Shown here one piece after another: positions 60,940 through 64,000 of a DNA stretch of 64,000 nucleotides; within the stretch, counting starts at the first letter, position 1; every line of letters begins with the position of its first letter. Under the pieces are notes generated by a model. That model was not told the origin of the DNA. It saw nothing but the letters and a program-made list of their open reading frames with translations, and searched no databases. This DNA comes from a virus, in IMG/VR virus record IMGVR_UViG_3300018916_000001, positions 87,200 to 151,199 of that record, one strand, 5' to 3'. A program made the position numbers and the translations under genes.

Positions 60940-62079
60940 CTATTTCTTGCTATCATATTCCATGTTCATAATCTTGCAACTTAATTTGTTATTATTTTTA
61001 GTCCTAACTACAATACCTTCTATTATCCAATTCTCAGTTTGTTTATAATTTTCAAATATCTCATTAGCTTTTGATATTAGTTCGTCGTAATTAGACGCGC
61101 TGATAGGTATTGGAGCTAGATAACTAATATCCATTTCCTCACAAATTTTCTTTACGTCATCTGGTAACAATCGAACTGCTCTACCAGTGTCTAAGTCGTC
61201 AATACCAAATATTTTAATAGACGGACGCATATGAGAATGTGGATTTAATTTGTTACCTGAACCTTTAGTAACTTCTAATCCATACATCTCACCTCTAAAA
61301 GCTAATTGTCTATTATTTTCTCTACAGAATTTCATTCCACGATCATATAAGCCAGTTGAGTGAGATAACCTAACCCATCTATCATCATTGTTTGGGTCGT
61401 CTACATCTTTCTTCTCTAAAACTCTACTGCAAATACCAGTAACTAATTCTCCTTCACTCTTCCTAAAATATTGAGTAAAAGAAGATCCATCTATTTTTAA
61501 AGTATAAACTAATTCTTCTCCAGCTTCTAATAAACGATTAATGTAAGATTTTATGTTAGCTGCGTTTTCCTCATCTGTTTTATATAGGAAACCAGGAAGA
61601 TTACCTTTAACTCTTCCGTTACCAAATCGTTCAGGTTCTTCATATTTCGTAATACTTAAGAATTCGGCTTTATCTTCTATATCATCTGGAATATTGGCTT
61701 CTTCAAAAGGTAATAAAATTCCGTTTGAATAGATGATGTCACAGCTATCCTCTCTAGTAAAATTAAATTTAATTGCTTTAATTCGGTTATTCTTTCCTAA
61801 CTTAGATTTCTTAGGATCACCATTTGGGGCAATGAAACTAGAGAATAATTTAGTATCCGGAACACAATAATCAGGTTGAATGTAAACTGCTTTATCTCCT
61901 ATTTGATATAAATCTTTCTGAGATACGATATTAAACCCACATTCATCGGTATAATTATTCTCTTCAGGGTTAAAGAAAGAGAAATTAATAAGCTCAATGT
62001 TAGTAGCGGGTTCTCCTGTACCTTTCTTGAATAATGGAGTTTTTGTAGTGATATTAACGATTTCTACTGGATTAATCAT
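60940..62079 (-). CDS. RNA ligase (DRB0094/Rnl2-like)
   Basis: KTDEE, motif I KIDGSS, CSR, FRGEMYG, EGIVVR, K at the C-terminus; N-terminal YQIGD.AVYI.PD. Confidence 0.85.
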   Translation of the reverse strand: MINPVEIVNITTKTPLFKKGTGEPATNIELINFSFFNPEENNYTDECGFNIVSQKDLYQIGDKAVYIQPDYCVPDTKLFSSFIAPNGDPKKSKLGKNNRIKAIKFNFTREDSCDIIYSNGILLPFEEANIPDDIEDKAEFLSITKYEEPERFGNGRVKGNLPGFLYKTDEENAANIKSYINRLLEAGEELVYTLKIDGSSFTQYFRKSEGELVTGICSRVLEKKDVDDPNNDDRWVRLSHSTGLYDRGMKFCRENNRQLAFRGEMYGLEVTKGSGNKLNPHSHMRPSIKIFGIDDLDTGRAVRLLPDDVKKICEEMDISYLAPIPISASNYDELISKANEIFENYKQTENWIIEGIVVRTKNNNKLSCKIMNMEYDSKK

Positions 62080-62401
62080 AGTTCTTAGTCTCCGTTAAAT
62101 TAAACTAAATAAGCTTTTACAGAGTTAATTAATTGTTCGCAACTTAATGATTGAAGTAGAGTATTAGCAGCTTGTACTCCTCTTTCTCCTGCATATTCCA
62201 ATTTCCTTGCACTATAATACGGATTTTCTTTCTTTAGCATAGAGATTGTATTAGCTGGTCTTTGTAGGAAGATATCTCTACTCTCATCTTCAAAAGCTCC
62301 TATATAAACTCCTTCATCATTATAAATAGAGATAGAAGTTATATATTCATTAGTCTCTACTACAAAAGAGTAAGCAATATCATCTACTACTATACTTCTT
62401 C

Positions 62402-62587
62402 TCATACAGGATAACTCCTATTTAATATATCTCTTAGATTTTCTATCTTCTGAATTATCTTTGGAGTAAAATGAATCTTCTTACACTTCTCACATACAAA
62501 ACCAGAAATCTTAAAGTTTCTACTAGATATCTTCTTTAATACTGATTTTTGTAGTAATGTACCTCCACAAGTAGAACATAAGCTCAT
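62402..62587 (-). CDS. YgiT/MqsA-type Zn-finger domain, stand-alone
   Basis: CSTCGG.L....ISGFVCEKC....FTP....KIE. Confidence 0.6.
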   Translation of the reverse strand: MSLCSTCGGTLLQKSVLKKISSRNFKISGFVCEKCKKIHFTPKIIQKIENLRDILNRSYPV

Positions 62588-62916
62588 ATCGTAATTTTTT
62601 TAAAAGTATTCTCAATCTTCTCTATATTATTTAAGACAGTGTATAGAAACGAACTATTTAAAGCTTCTTCTCCACCACAACTATCAATCGCAAACTCCCA
62701 TGCTAGATGGACTATCTCTAAGTGAAATCCTCTAGATAATAAATCATCATAAAAAAGAGTCTTAACTTGTGCTACTAACTTTACTTTCTCGGCTAATGGA
62801 GTAGGTTCTTCTATCTCTTTATCATAAATTCCCCACTCAATTAGTTCTCTTACTTCATTTAACTTACTCATTATCTTCATCTCTATAATTAAGAATGTCT
62901 TTTAAACTGTACGCTC

Positions 62917-63816
62917 TTATTCCTCTTCAACATCTCCTATAAGAAAGTTATCCACTAAAGAAACAGTATTAGCTATATTATCTACCCACTTTTCATGTAT
63001 TTCTTCTCCTATATCTTCAACTTCATAAATATCTTCTAGATTTTCTTCTTCACTTAGTATTTCTCTTGAAGATACTACTTCTATTAACTTTGAGTTTATT
63101 AAAGAGATTTCTACAGGAAGTTCTATATACCAGATATTTAATCTCCCACCATATACACTCTTAAAATCACCTTTATCACTAGAAATTGTTGAATATACAA
63201 GAGGTAGTTCTATCTCCGTATCATCAAAAGAATCTAAATTTACTGATATAGGAAACTTATTATCTTGTAAACTTCCATATATAAAGAAATCTTCTAAATA
63301 ATCTATTACTTGCTTATCTAATGTCTCAACTTCTCTTAGAGGTAATTCTAATATATATAGCTTACCTATCTCAGCTTCTCTTTTCTCTCCTCTTTTTAAC
63401 TTAACTTTTGGTTTCTCTTTATCTTTTACAATAGTGTCTTCAAAATGTATGAAAATTTTATCTTCTTGTATAGTTAATCTAATAGAAGCTTTTTTCGAGC
63501 AGAGAACTCTTAGATAAACAATAAATGATAGAGGTAATTCTTTCAGTAAGTTTTCACTCTGATAATCCATCTCTAAAGTAAGACGTAATAGAGAAGAATC
63601 TAATATATAGTAAATTGTACATAAACTATCTTTAGCCTCTATTAATACTGATTTAAGAGTTTTTTGTATTCCAATATCTTCTAAAATAAAGAAATCTTTG
63701 TAATCTTTAGGGTTAGATATAGTGAGAGAATTATCTTCATCTAGTTTTTGATACTCGTAAACCAATCCACCTAACGTTTCTCTCTTCTTTTCTATTTGTT
63801 CTAATACACTTGCCAT
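62917..63816 (-). CDS. Acidic hypothetical protein
   Basis: ORF track only. Confidence 0.5.
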   Translation of the reverse strand: MASVLEQIEKKRETLGGLVYEYQKLDEDNSLTISNPKDYKDFFILEDIGIQKTLKSVLIEAKDSLCTIYYILDSSLLRLTLEMDYQSENLLKELPLSFIVYLRVLCSKKASIRLTIQEDKIFIHFEDTIVKDKEKPKVKLKRGEKREAEIGKLYILELPLREVETLDKQVIDYLEDFFIYGSLQDNKFPISVNLDSFDDTEIELPLVYSTISSDKGDFKSVYGGRLNIWYIELPVEISLINSKLIEVVSSREILSEEENLEDIYEVEDIGEEIHEKWVDNIANTVSLVDNFLIGDVEEE

Positions 63817-64000
63817 AAATTAAAGTATAAGTTGTTTTCCAATATTTCCTAAATTACGTTCTAATTCACTTAACTCTTTTGTAGATATCTTACTTAGAAT
63901 TAAGTTCTGATATTTGGGAGAAAGGTTTTTATATACTGTAGAATTAGCAACTACAGTTAGTAAGTTAAATGAATAACTAACATATTTATAATTCTTTGGA

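Noticed and set aside
1-64000. CRISPR array or long direct repeats
   Set aside because: No regularly spaced repeats seen by eye; intergenic gaps are short. A tool search would be more sensitive.
1-64000. Stop-codon reassignment
   Set aside because: Standard-code ORFs tile the window and long conserved genes are intact; only one isolated in-frame TGA was seen; the tRNA-Trp anticodon is CCA, not a suppressor.

Overview
AT-rich (roughly 30% GC by eye) segment of a large tailed dsDNA phage. The host is probably a cyanobacterium, inferred from the cyanobacterial-type class II RNR and cyanobacterial-style antitoxin fragments. The + strand carries virion genes (2.1-11.4 kb tail/tail-fibre block, isolated DUF935-type portal at 15.1 kb). 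The rest is a long, densely packed - strand early/replication region: PolA, primase, AAA helicase, Sak3-like recombinase, exonuclease, SSB, RuvC, ThyA/DHFR, NrdJ, PduO-like enzyme, adenine methylase, RNA ligase, Thg1-like protein and tRNAs. Main discoveries: (1) a dispersed arsenal of orphan antitoxin and immunity modules with no recognisable cognate toxin, many reduced to the toxin-binding part. It includes about 13 genes carrying about 18 HicB-like domains, plus HigA x2, a DUF1778 tail, a DUF2281 tail, an MqsA Zn-finger, a Panacea-like protein, a DarG-like macrodomain, an alarmone hydrolase, and colicin D, colicin E3 and SUKH immunity domains. (2) Apparently catalytically dead fragments of translation factors: a GGQ-less release-factor domain and a CysRS C-terminal domain. 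(3) An nrdJ gene whose catalytic NPCGE motif is split by a mini-intein and, two codons later, by a group I intron encoding a GIY-YIG endonuclease. (4) Atypical tRNAs, a PolA with an altered steric gate, and an A9-tract frameshift. All family assignments are by-eye motif recognition and need HMM or structure confirmation.
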